A DNA stretch of 64,000 bases. Origin: Setoptus koraiensis (taxonomy: Eukaryota > Animalia > Arthropoda). The notes under the pieces were generated by a model. It made no database searches and was not told where the DNA came from. It saw only the letters and a list, made by a program, of their open reading frames with translations. The stretch is from the NCBI GenBank assembly GCA_048013815.1, contig CM106585.1, positions 8,680,001 through 8,744,000 on the forward strand, written 5' to 3'. This document shows positions 13,356-24,673 of the stretch, in pieces (positions within the stretch are counted from its first letter, which is position 1; every line of letters starts with the position of its first letter). Made by a program: the position numbers and the translations under genes.

Positions 13356-13659
13356 CTCGCTGTTTCCCTTGCTGCTGCAACTCTTCGCAGTTTATAGACC
13401 AAGCAGCACTGCATAAACTGTGCTGATGCTCCTGCTGCGTGCAGTCTAAACAGTGTGGATATGCTGCACTGGAATTATTCACGCACACAATGCGCCCACC
13501 ATCACTATGCATTCTCTTTCGGAGGGCGCGAGACTGTGCGCCAAACGTGCACGCTGCACAGGCGTCTAGACGATTGATAAAGCAGCAGCAGCGGCAGCAT
13601 TGCCGATGCGTTTGTGCTGCATGTGATGTGTGCACACGATGCAGGTGCGTGTACAATGT

Positions 13660-13747
13660 ATTCGCGCCAAAAGCAAAGCGTGTGCAACAACTATCATCGT
13701 GCGGGTGGCGTTATCAACCATTCTATGCGCATCGCGCATCAACAAAT
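13660..13747 (+). promoter_or_regulatory. Copy B of the ~90-bp dispersed promoter element, 30 bp upstream of tRNA-Asp
   Basis: Its core ATGCGCATCGCGCATCAACAAAT (13725-13747) matches 9490-9512 at 22/23. Confidence 0.6.
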
Positions 13748-13777
13748 ACGTTCTTTTTCCCTTTCACCTCATCAGAT

Positions 13778-13849
13778 TCCCGGATAGTATAGTGGTTAGT
13801 ATCCCTCGCTGTCACCGTGGAGACCCGGGTTCAATTCCCGGTCCGGGAG
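13778..13849 (+). tRNA. tRNA-Asp (anticodon GTC)
   Basis: Acceptor stem TCCCGGA/TCCGGGA with G discriminator; A box TAGTATAGTGG; anticodon loop CTGTCAC; T arm CCGGG-TTCAATT-CCCGG. One T:T mismatch in the anticodon stem. Confidence 0.95.
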
Positions 13850-13855
13850 AAAAAC

Positions 13856-13861
13856 TTTTTT
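13856..13861 (+). terminator. RNA polymerase III terminator (T6)
   Basis: TTTTTT begins 7 bp after the tRNA 3' end. Confidence 0.8.
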
Positions 13862-14092
13862 CTATTTGTTTTTTTTCTTTTCTCATATTCATTTGCCTCC
13901 ACACGGTCGACAATGCCGAATCGGCATGACCATAATATTGCAGCGTGATCTATTACAGTACTTCAGCCTACTAATGAGTCAATTCTTTTCATCATTCTTC
14001 TACTTATTATTTCACCATTGAAATTTGTTGTTTTACCCCTGAATACACTATTAAAAAACATTGGTCTGTCCAGGGTGACCAGCGCACGGACG

Positions 14093-15640
14093 ATGGCATC
14101 GCCGGCCCAACGTGAACTATGTTGTGCTCTAATAAAACAATATTTTGGCAGTATTGTCGAGACAGTGGGCCGGGCACTATTCAATTTTGATCAAGCCAAT
14201 GTTAGCCAGCTGTGTCACTCTACGAAACTTCATCCGTCCAACGTCAAGAAGGCACTCCTTGTTATGATCAAGCATCAATTAATTAAGTTTTGTAAACAAA
14301 ATCCCTTCTCGGATCATTATGAGTATTCCATCGAACCCAATACTATTCTAGCCTTTTTTCGTCACTCCAAATACATCGCATTGGCCAAATTTAAATACGG
14401 CGACGAGGCCTCAATCATCATAAAGAATCTCATAGCATATGGACGAATGAAGTTGAGTAATTTAGTTCATTCCACTTGGGAGCACATGTTGCGCGAGTCG
14501 AAAGAAACAAAAGGCGACGCAACTAAAATATTGTTGACATCAATACAGTCGAAAACGTCTATACTCATTAAGGAGCATTATATTAAAAGCTCAGCTGAAG
14601 TCACCAAAAACAACGACCCAGAAAATGAAGACCGGAACCAGGATAAAAAATTTTCAACTGACAATCTAGATCAAAATACATTTTGCCAACTAAATATTGA
14701 TCGTTTCAATCGTGATATCAGGGACGAGTTTGTCACGGGTGCAGTCTTGAAGCATTATGGTGATGACCCGAAGATAGGCAAAATATGTCAATCACTATTA
14801 GAGTTATCAAGAGATTCTACAGAAGATCAGGCTCCTATGACTTGTCCTGTCTCTGCTGAAGATCTATTTAATCATTTGAATCTCAAATCCTCTTTATTCA
14901 CAGACAGACAAGAGCTTGAAGTCTATCTAAGGATATTAGACTGTGACACAAATAGATTCATCTTCAATCATGGATTTCGCATAGGACGAGGAAACATGTA
15001 TAGTATTAATGTTGGTAAAGTTTTGGATCGACTTGTTAGAGAATTGTTAGGCACAATAGTGTCTTGTCGTTTTGGACCAAAATGTTGCAGGATATTTCGT
15101 CTACTCATGTCTAAAAAATATCTGTTATCAAAGCAAATTGAGGATTCGGTAATGTTACCTACTCGTGACGTGCGAGAGTATACTTATATGCTTATTAAAG
15201 AGGGCTTAGTGAGAAACCTACAAATACCCAGGACTGCCGACTATGCGCCTAGCAAATCCTTATTTATTATGGGTGTTGAGATTGACCAAGTAGTTCTTTC
15301 TATCATTGACCGTTGTTGCAAATCTATGAATAATACAATACTGCGCCATGATCATGAAACTCAAGAAAATATTCAGCTCTTGGACCGTGCTAAAGCTGTG
15401 CAAAATCTAATAAAATCAGGCAAGTCTACAAACGATCGAATGGATACCGATGATAATGTGGACTACTCGAATATCTGGGATGAATACTTCAGCGAGCATG
15501 AACGTCAGCAACTAGAGCTCATCAAGAAGAGGTTAAACACTTTAGAAGTAAGTAGGCTCCAGATAGATGACACGTTGCATCAGCTGTCGCTCTGGTTAGA
15601 TGTATGGCCCAACATGCAAGCTATCGAGGAAGCTGCGTAG
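14093..15640 (+). CDS. POLR3C: RNA polymerase III subunit RPC3/RPC62, intronless
   Basis: ELCCALIKQYFGSIVETVG; RFGPKCCRIFRLLMSKKYL...QIEDSVMLP...LQIPRTADYAPSKSLF. First ATG at 14093. Confidence 0.9.
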   Translation: MASPAQRELCCALIKQYFGSIVETVGRALFNFDQANVSQLCHSTKLHPSNVKKALLVMIKHQLIKFCKQNPFSDHYEYSIEPNTILAFFRHSKYIALAKFKYGDEASIIIKNLIAYGRMKLSNLVHSTWEHMLRESKETKGDATKILLTSIQSKTSILIKEHYIKSSAEVTKNNDPENEDRNQDKKFSTDNLDQNTFCQLNIDRFNRDIRDEFVTGAVLKHYGDDPKIGKICQSLLELSRDSTEDQAPMTCPVSAEDLFNHLNLKSSLFTDRQELEVYLRILDCDTNRFIFNHGFRIGRGNMYSINVGKVLDRLVRELLGTIVSCRFGPKCCRIFRLLMSKKYLLSKQIEDSVMLPTRDVREYTYMLIKEGLVRNLQIPRTADYAPSKSLFIMGVEIDQVVLSIIDRCCKSMNNTILRHDHETQENIQLLDRAKAVQNLIKSGKSTNDRMDTDDNVDYSNIWDEYFSEHERQQLELIKKRLNTLEVSRLQIDDTLHQLSLWLDVWPNMQAIEEAA

Positions 15641-15812
15641 TATCTCATGATGGTAAAGAATCCTCAAAAGAATATTGTTCTACTATTACTAATTAATAAT
15701 GTTCTATTACAAACCTATAAACGCCATGGGTAATGTAGCGGGGAAGTGTTATAGAGTGACGGAGAAACTTTCAGTCCATTTTGTTTAACTATCAGTGTTT
15801 AATAATGTTCTA

Positions 15813-16403
15813 CTACAAATCTCTCATCGCCCTTGGTAATATCGGAGGAGGCTCTCTTAGTTCAAGACCTGACTTGGCCAGTGATTGGAAAAACGTTCCT
15901 CTTTTTTGTTTGAGATCCTTGTCTGACATAACATGTGATCCTTGAGCATAAAGGTATCCAGATTGCAGGCATCTTCTAGCCAATACCTCGCCTAGTAGAG
16001 TAGCTGCGTTTGTGGTACTTGTCGATTTTAAATATTTGGCTAGAACGTGCTCTGAGGTTGAAGCAGCCAAAATAACCTTACCCGTCCAATGTACGAGAGC
16101 TGCATTGAGATATTGACCAGATTCTTCGAAGGTTATCCTGTTCCAGTGAGTTGGTGGTGATTTGTCTAACCAGTAGCCCATTGGTTTCATCTCATAGGCC
16201 ATCTGTTCTAAGTTTCTAGGGTTTCTATTGATAAGACGCGATTTAAACTCACAGTCCTCGAGTTCAATATCTGATTCTAATCGTGTTATCTTCTTGTTGC
16301 TCACAATAGGTGATGCAGACGTGGAGAAAGCCACTCGAAGCAAGTTATGAGCTAGCTGGGTCCTCGGGCCCAGAAGGGATAGAGACGACTTTATGGCGAT
16401 CAT
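15813..16403 (-). CDS. MRPL18: Mitochondrial ribosomal protein L18 (uL18m)
   Basis: NRNPRNLEQMAY, ASTSE, AATLLGEVLARRCLQSG; basic and hydroxylated N-terminal presequence. Confidence 0.9.
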   Translation of the reverse strand: MIAIKSSLSLLGPRTQLAHNLLRVAFSTSASPIVSNKKITRLESDIELEDCEFKSRLINRNPRNLEQMAYEMKPMGYWLDKSPPTHWNRITFEESGQYLNAALVHWTGKVILAASTSEHVLAKYLKSTSTTNAATLLGEVLARRCLQSGYLYAQGSHVMSDKDLKQKRGTFFQSLAKSGLELREPPPILPRAMRDL

Positions 16404-16698
16404 CGGAATTTTGTATGGTACAAAGGCTAGAATTTCACAACAACGAATGAAGAACTTCAGTTGAGGTGTATAATAGATTCAATTTTTTGTCTCATGCAAT
16501 GATTTAATTCTGACAATAACGATGTTGTTTGTTTTAACATACTGTAATAGAAAGCAGGCCTTCATGCTTTTGTTGTTTACATGTGCGCTTTGAGGCGCGC
16601 TTATTGAAAATCTTTTCCCAAACAGAAAACATTTAATTTATTTGCTTTTTTTTTAATATAACTAATATTATCATATTTTGTTCACTGTATTGCACAAC

Positions 16699-17676
16699 TC
16701 ACTGTTGTTCATTGTTCACTCGATTATATTGGTGTGTCATGCCCCTGAAAGCACGTCCAACTTTTGAATTTGGACCTTTCTTCAAATGTTTACAAATATA
16801 ATCACCAGCGTCCAAAAGTTTTATAAGATCGACACCTGACTCGATCTGCATACCTTTCAACATAAAAACCACATCCTCAGTTGCAACATTTCCCGAGGCC
16901 CCCTCCGCGTATGGGCACCCGCCAAGACCGGATACGCTGGCATCCACAGTTGAGATGCCCATTTCGAGAGCTGTCAAAATGTTGACTAGTGCTTGGCCAT
17001 ATGTGTCGTGGCAGTGAACCGCGATATTATCAGCTGGTACAAATCGTAGTACCTCTTTGAGCATTTTTCTAAATGTGACCGGGGTGCCTACACCAATTGT
17101 GTCTCCAAGACTGACCTCGTAGCAGCCCATGTTGTAAAATCTATATGCCAATTCTGCCACCTTGCCCGGTTCCACGTCTCCGTCGTAAGGACACTTGATT
17201 ACGCAAGAAACGTAGCCTCTCACTTTGACATTGTGCCTAAGAGCGGTTGACACCACATCGTTAATAATTTCTAAACTTCTGCTAATGGAACAATTTATAT
17301 TTTTCATACTAAAACCCTCGCTAGCTGAACCAAACACAGCTATTTCCTTACATCCAACACTTAGAGCCGCTTTGAGTCCCTCTAAGTTGGGCACCAGCAC
17401 GGGATAGCTGATATGCTGATGCTTGTGAATATTTGCATACACTTGAGCATTGTCTTTCATTTGAGGAATCCATTCCGGGGACACGAACGATGTGGCCTCT
17501 ATGTTCTTGAGTCCTGTCTGGCTTAGCAGGTCAATAAATTGCGTCTTAACATCAGTGGGTACAATCATTTTTTCGTTTTGCAATCCATCTCTTGGTCCTA
17601 CCTCGACTATCTTGACAGCCTTCGGGAGATTGACACTATCTGTTATAAAGTTCATAACTCTCCTCATAAGTCGCAT
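16699..17676 (-). CDS. HMGCL: Hydroxymethylglutaryl-CoA lyase, intronless
   Basis: VKIVEVGPRDGLQNEK, EATSFVSP, HCHDTYGQAL, GLGGCPYAEGASGNVATED. Confidence 0.96.
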   Translation of the reverse strand: MRLMRRVMNFITDSVNLPKAVKIVEVGPRDGLQNEKMIVPTDVKTQFIDLLSQTGLKNIEATSFVSPEWIPQMKDNAQVYANIHKHQHISYPVLVPNLEGLKAALSVGCKEIAVFGSASEGFSMKNINCSISRSLEIINDVVSTALRHNVKVRGYVSCVIKCPYDGDVEPGKVAELAYRFYNMGCYEVSLGDTIGVGTPVTFRKMLKEVLRFVPADNIAVHCHDTYGQALVNILTALEMGISTVDASVSGLGGCPYAEGASGNVATEDVVFMLKGMQIESGVDLIKLLDAGDYICKHLKKGPNSKVGRAFRGMTHQYNRVNNEQQ

Positions 17677-17764
17677 AATGTGTAAGTAGGATTTATGATG
17701 CAGTTTGAATATAATTGATACAAAATGGAATGAAGACTAGTGGTTGTTGTGGTGGTTTGCGTGA

Positions 17765-17856
17765 CGTGATGTTTACGATGCTGCAACACAATTATGCAAC
17801 AGTAACTGTGCAAGCGATGATGGCTCTTGCACACGCTTTAGCTTTAACTCGCACAT
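17765..17856 (-). promoter_or_regulatory. Copy C (reverse orientation) of the dispersed promoter element, between divergent HMGCL and TSFM
   Basis: The reverse complement of 17815-17856 matches copy A at about 32/42; its last 31 columns match copy B at 27/31. The rest is more diverged. Confidence 0.55.
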
Positions 17857-18062
17857 TTTAATAAATGGCATTACAATGGAGTGGAATGCAAGTCCAAGAA
17901 GGAGCGACTCGATCCTCGGTCACACATGGTATGCCACGAGACTACTATTTATAAGACATTACTATTTATATTACCATTTATATTAAATTGCCGCTATTGA
18001 TATTGTTGTTTATATATCATCATCACATATTACCGTTATTATTGTCAATATTATCCAGTGAA

Positions 18063-19007
18063 ATGGCCACAAAATCGCCCCTATTCCTGCTGCGCCAAAG
18101 GACCCGGCTGGCTTACAACTTATGCCGAGAGGCCCTTGTCAAGTACGACAACGACGTGGATAAGGCAGAGGCCTGGCTTCAGGCCGAATCTATGCGCCTC
18201 GGATGGCAGAAGGCCGCCAAATTACAATCACGCCTAGCCAAAGAGGGCCTAATTGGATTGGCCCTACACTCCAGCAGACGGGTGGCAGCCATGGTGGAGA
18301 TAAATTGCGAAACCGATTTCGTCGCTAAAAACGCAGCATTTCAAACCTCAGCCCAGGCACTGACACAGAAAATAGTCACCAGTTTGGAGAGAAAATATTC
18401 GGAGGCAGGAGAACAGCAAAAGAATTTTGTGACAAAAATTGCCTTGGCCAGTGAGGAGCTCACTGAATTCAATGACGAACTCGTGCCCATCATTAGTAAG
18501 ATGGGCGAAAATGTTCGTTTGGGTCGTGCGGCTCTCTTTACATCCATGCAACCAAGTGTGGGCCTCTACGGCGACGTCCATGGATCCTTGAGCAAGGCTT
18601 ATGCTGATGATGCTGATTACAACATCCGTACGGGTAAATTTGCCTCAATCATCGGCTTACAATTTTTAGAAGGTCGTCCAACCGATGATAAAAGTAACAA
18701 AATTGCTGCCCGCTTGTGCAAGCATATCATTGGTTACGATCCTACCTACATTGAGATGCCCGAAGCTATTAGAGAGAAATTCATGGAAGCCAAAAAGGCT
18801 CAAGAGGAAGAGGAGAGATGTAAAATCGAAAAAGTCGACAATGCAGAGGAAAATGTTGAGGATGAGGTACCTTATATAGAGGAGCCTCCGTCCATGGTAG
18901 ATCAGACACTGATCATGTCGAATGACAACCAAAAGGTTGGCCAATACTGCGATAGTCACAAAATTAAAATAGTAGACATGTATAGGTTCGAATGCGGACA
19001 AGTGTAA
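18063..19007 (+). CDS. TSFM: Mitochondrial elongation factor Ts; the 5' end may be incomplete
   Basis: UBA-like LLRQRT...CREAL...DVDKAEAWL, AAKLQSRLAKEGLIG, MVEINCETDFVAKN, LCKHIIGYDP, YRFECGQ. Confidence 0.93.
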   Translation: MATKSPLFLLRQRTRLAYNLCREALVKYDNDVDKAEAWLQAESMRLGWQKAAKLQSRLAKEGLIGLALHSSRRVAAMVEINCETDFVAKNAAFQTSAQALTQKIVTSLERKYSEAGEQQKNFVTKIALASEELTEFNDELVPIISKMGENVRLGRAALFTSMQPSVGLYGDVHGSLSKAYADDADYNIRTGKFASIIGLQFLEGRPTDDKSNKIAARLCKHIIGYDPTYIEMPEAIREKFMEAKKAQEEEERCKIEKVDNAEENVEDEVPYIEEPPSMVDQTLIMSNDNQKVGQYCDSHKIKIVDMYRFECGQV

Positions 19008-19783
19008 ATAAATATTGTTAGATGTCAATAAACTAAATAATTGTACAATAGTGACAGCATCGGCACGTAACGTCAGCGTTAACGTGTCGATTTAGTGACA
19101 CTAATAGCGGTTAGGCTTGATAATCTCGGACACTTGTCTGTGTGGTGCAACAACTGGTGAAGAATTGGAGCGTCAGACTTCTTTTTCTGTGTTTTTTTGC
19201 ATCACATTCTTTTTTCATAGTATGCACCGTGTAGTGTGTGCGGCGTGTGAGAAACAAAAAAAGGAACATTACAACATGGAAGCTTCTCTGGCTTGAGAAG
19301 GTGTTTAGATTTTTTCGTTCTTCTATTCTTCTGTTGTCTTTCTCACAATAATTGGTGTAGATGTCGCCGAAGAAGCCTGGGAACATGAAAGCGAGAGAGT
19401 GGGACACTTATACAGTGTTTTTCGCTTCGACAATTGTCGACCACTCGCAGCAACCTTGGCCGGCACACTGTATAGCATCCATTGCATAGGCTTGTAGATT
19501 GAGATCACATTTGACAATCGACAACAATCGACAATTAAAGTCGGTCAGTCAGTCGGTCGGTCATTTTCGTCCTGGCGACATGGCGCCTGAGCGTTTTCAG
19601 TATCAATGTCTCGGCAGAACCACGCCTGCGGGCAAAGAACGATCAAATCTAAGAATAGACATGGAAGAGATTCGCAATTGAGAGAATCAGTCACAGTTTT
19701 ACCTGGTGCAAACTTATTTATCTAAAACTTATTTGGCCAGCTACTAACTGTGAGTTTGTGTGAGCCGAAAAATAGAATCAGTT

Positions 19784-22700
19784 ATGAGTGATTATAACGT
19801 TATGTTGCTCGATAGAGTCATTGACTATCGTGAAAGAGAAAATTGCAATATGTTTGACAGCGAAGAAGACCACGAAGAGATGGTGGTGCTCATTAATGGG
19901 GATCAATTGGGCGAAACAACAAGTTCAATGTTGCAACCGGTGGAAATGACAACAACTTCAAGTTATACTCCTCACATTGTTGACCAACGAAAATTACAGT
20001 CAGTTATGGACAACTATGAAAATGAAGAGGCAAAAATCAAGTGTACGCCCGATAAAGAAACTATGAGAATAGAATTAGATGAAGCGCAACTAATTCATCA
20101 ATTAGGAATGAGGGATAAACAGGCACAAGTGAAGACAAGTGAAGACACATCAGGTGTATCATCAGATACTAAAAAGATTGAGTGTGCAACTTTCACAAAG
20201 CGAAACACAGACGACAAACAAACCTTTATAACAAACAATTACAAGACTGGTCAGTTATCAACAACCACCGCAACACATGCTCGAGATCTATCGTCTCCAT
20301 CATTGAGTGATGCCAGCAGTAGCGATAGTAGTAGCCTAGAGACAAATAGTGGCTCGTCTGGCAAAACTTTCAAATACGAATTTGTTACCACTTCAAATGA
20401 ATCGCAACTTCAACTTGAATACACTGCTAGTGGAGGTGATTCAACAAAAGCAAATCACTACTATTATGATGATTACGTTAGCCTTGTGCCACCCATTATC
20501 ATCAGTGATAATTGTGCCTCGCCGCGGAATGATGATGACAATGGCGGTGATCATCAGAAAACTATCAACAATGATCATGCTGGTCAGTTGTCGTTCAAGT
20601 CAAAATTAAATCTAATCAAAGACATAATTGCTTCCGCTGAGCCACCGCCCAATGCGTCGGATAATGGAAAGCTTGAGAAGCCTTCAGTGTGTTTGTTGGA
20701 CACTCTGCAACAAAAGTCGGACATTGACAACGGTAACCACAATAACGGAACTGATTGTTGTGCGATAGTTGCAAACAATGTTGACGATTGCATCGAAGAA
20801 GAAGAGGCCAATGGCGAATTCGATTATCATCAAAATTCATTATCATCATCAAGCCAAGTTAGTACAAACAAAACAAATGAAACTGTCGCCACTGCCACAA
20901 CTGCTACTAACGGTGACAATAACAACAACAACAACAACAATTATCAGTTCAGTATAGCTAGACCAGATCAATATGATTTGTATCACGCTATCATGGCCAC
21001 TACGGCCACCACGGACACATCGCTAGCAGCGTCGTCAGCCGATTTGCTGTTGCAACAACAACAATCTCAACAATTGACCAGTATTGCAATGCTGCCGCCG
21101 AGATCGTTAGCCGTTGCATCGCCAATTAATGAAGAGGACGAACTGTTGTCAGCAGCGTTATGCAATAATACAGATAATTCAGATCATCGCATTCAAATCA
21201 AGGAGCAGCCACCTAAATACAACAGTGAACATCGGGCTACTGCTGCAACTAATCACCGTCAATTTGCATCGACGACACAACGACAGACATACGCAGATAA
21301 ACAGGACCGAAATCCGACAGCAGAGGGCCCAAATAATCAGCACAGTAATCTGCAACAAGTTGCTAGTGACAGTAAAATAGCGCTCACTGGGACTCTGTCC
21401 TCTTTTCAAACATTATCTGCCTGTCAGCACGAAAACGACAATTTGATTGAAGAGTACTCAATGGGCGATAGTCAACACTATCACAACTCCATCGTGGCTC
21501 ATCAACAAAAAATTATGATCGACAGTTCAGATACAGATAGATTACAGCCAAAAAAAAGTGCCCAAATGCGACTGCAGCACCAACCACAACAACATTACGC
21601 AAATCAAGTGTCTCTGGCAGTGGCATCGGCAGCGAAGCAACAGCCAACAACGGCTGCTCCTCGGCAAAAAAACGATAATCGCTCCAACATTAGAAGGCCA
21701 ATGATGAGACAAACAACAAACACTCACCACCAAGACAACACTGACAGTGCACCAAAAGCTGGTGCAACAAAGTTTTACAAGCACTCGAATAAAAATCAAT
21801 TGTTGGCCAGTAGAAAATCTCAATATCCCGCGACGAGCCAGAAAAGTGTCGTCATGGCGAGCATCGATTTTGGTGCAAACAAATGCAAATATACCCTTGT
21901 TAAGAGTACCTCATCATTAAACGGCGATCACCACAACAACAGAGAAGAGAAGCCATCGCTTGAGATACGTTTGCACGAAGAGGAGCCCATGGCGCTCCTA
22001 TTGAAAGTTGTCACGAGTACCTCAAAGCAAGACAATTCACTACTCGAAGAACCGAGCAGCGAATTCGTTTCGTTTGGGCAAGCGGCCCTAAACAGTTATT
22101 TTCAAGTGCAACCAAATACTGATGGCAAGACAGATAGTGGGCCCAAGGATTGCATGCTCTTTTATCAGTTTAAACATCAACTATTAGAGATGAGCAATCG
22201 ACCCATTGAACAGATATCATTGAGGTCCGTGAATAGTCTCTATGAACTGAACGGTGTGCTCGTGCTTGCTCACTGTTTACGTTACATAGCATCGAGATTG
22301 TTGATGCATCTGAAAGGAGAGGAAAAAGTCAGGTAATTAGATACGATAAATGACATAAATGAACAAACATGATAAAACAAATACATAAATACTGACGTAA
22401 ATACTTCTAAAATAACTGTACTCATGACACACAAATTCGCTCTACAACAAATACCAATCAGGTGGATAATTGTTGTGCCCAATGAATGGCCCGTGATATT
22501 ACGTCAAATGACGAGAATGGCGGCACAAGAGGCTGGAATCACTGACTGCAGGATAAAACAACAAGCGCCAACCAGCGACAGCAACCTATCGCTTCTAGGC
22601 GACATTGAGGCCGCTTCATATCATTGCATGTCAAGTGTGGTGCCCACATTTGCAAAGCCCAGATTGGATTTAGTCATTTTGTGCAACAGTTTTTCATTGT

Positions 22701-24088
22701 CTTGGAGTCTTGTCAAATGGACAAAGTTTGATCATGTTGAGTATGTTTGCATTGAAAATTGGAGCGAGCATTCTGTTAATTTAACCAATGAATTCTTGTC
22801 CCTCATAATCAATCTTTTCGGAATGCAATTTGTTCAGTATTACAAATACTCTCAACCCATGGCTTTTTTACAGTTGTTAGAATCGTTTGAGCTATCAGTT
22901 AACAGAAACCATGGTGACGGCGATGCAACAAGCGAGTGCAAATTGAAACGAAACAACGTCTTTGCGCCAGCCGAAAACAACCGAGCAACAAGAAGTATTT
23001 GTGAGCAAATTGATTTAAGTAGGCACTCTATCGAAATCAAGGTGCCCGCTATGTTTGCAGAAACTTTCAAAAAATGGACCTGCTACATGAACGAACGAAA
23101 ACAGGAGCAGCAGCATCATCATGACGAAGAAGATGCTCATGTTTTTCTCTCACAATATCTAATTAACTCAAATCAGAATAACACCGGCATAAGGTATGAT
23201 CCCGATGCCAAGACCATTCATTTGAATTTTGAGGCCATGATTGTAATTTATGCACCACTCATCGACGCAATGACAGACTTGATAGCAAAAGCACATTCGA
23301 CTTACACAACAAACACAAATTTGGGTAACATTGAAAATGTTTTTGTTGTTGGCTGTGAGCTGATCAAATATGAGCCTATCGTCAGATTGAGCATCGAAGA
23401 AAATCTTCAGTCTTATCATTCGAACGAGCCACTGAAATCTGTCGGGTCGACAAATCTGCATATGATCGCATCTGAGGCAGTCACGATGGGCGCCTGTATC
23501 TTTCATTTGGCTATGACCGATATCATATCATCGCCAACTAGCAATATCAGAAACAATATTTTCATCAACGGATGGCCATGTCTAAACAGTTTGGGTGTGG
23601 GCGTTATAAGTTATTCAGAATCAGCGCAATTAGGTGAAAATTCAAAGAAGGGCAAACTACCAATCGATATATTAGATAGAATGATCCATGTAGGCGAAAT
23701 AGTCACCAGAGGTCAAGTTGTCTTTCGAAATTACTATAAACGAGCGCTAGCGGAAAGTGACGAACCCATTTTGTTGAACATTTACACAACTCAAACGAAA
23801 GATGTGCCTATTAACAATGGCCTAAGTGCAGACGCCGGAATTGTACAATGTCTGACAAGCTTGAAACTCAGATCACATCCACACAACGACAACAATAACT
23901 TTCGAAGCAGCAATATGGAGCCTCTTTTTGAGCTTGAGTTAACTGTCCAAGACAGAGCGCAATTTGAATTGAGGGTGTATCAGGTGAGGATTGCAGCATC
24001 GCCAAAAACTGATAATTGTTCTACATTTAATCTCATGAGAGTTGGAGATCATTGCCTAGAGTCGCTCATCATTGACATGAACGTCTGA
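19784..24088 (+). CDS. HSPA12-like (atypical Hsp70) protein with a ~690-aa low-complexity N-terminus and degenerate ATP motifs. Exons 19784-22332, 22462-24088; start uncertain
   Basis: SIDFG, LFYQFKHQL, VLAHCLRYI; the splice gives KVRWIIVVP...AAQEAGI; IEAASYHC; NLFGMQFVQYYKYSQPMAFLQLLESFE; DILDRMIHVGEIVTRGQVVFRNY; ILLNIYTT. All are collinear with recalled HSPA12A/B segments. Confidence 0.75.
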
Positions 24089-24673
24089 TTACCTGTTGAT
24101 TGGGTACGCACCTCAGACGTGTCTCATGTTGGACGCGAGGTATCGAAACTCTTCGGAATCGAACTTCAAATTGGGTGGCACTTGTTTTGATGGCCATATT
24201 TGGGTCTTGGAAGTCTGGTAAAGTTCATATTGTGCAACAACAACAGTTATCAGATTTGTGGCATACGAATCAGCATCTGCTGTCAAGAGAAATTTCCTTA
24301 AGGAATCCAGGATAAAATTTTGAGGCCCACAAAAATTATGAGGCAGATCATTGCTTGCAGTTTCCGAACTGTTTGACTCCATAATTGAAATTTGAGATCG
24401 ATCGACAAGATTGAACGGCCCCCCCACCAGAGTGCATCGCCATAGAGCCGACGGTTGTATGCAAGAGAAGGAAAGTGCACAATTTGAGACAATTTGTGGC
24501 CACTCTTTGGACGATCCCTAATCCAATTCAAAATCTGATTCTCTCGCTGAAAAGATTCCGTCAAACTATTGTCTTTGGACGTGCCAGATCAAAACAAGAG
24601 CTACTCTCAACTGTTGACGAAATCATGGATCCAGCAAAAAGAAGTCCGTAGAACGCACTGTGAGCCTGATAGA

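Noticed and set aside
16592-16621. GAGGCGCG..ATTGAAAA.CTTTTCCCAA resembles the middle of U4 snRNA
   Set aside because: The U6-pairing segments (5' AGCUUUGCGCAGUGGC and UGCUAAUU) and a proper Sm-site/3' stem-loop arrangement are missing. Treated as chance; an Rfam cmscan would settle it.
17731-17750. TGAAGACTAGTGGTTGTTGT resembles miR-7
   Set aside because: The seed differs and no complementary star arm or hairpin lies nearby.
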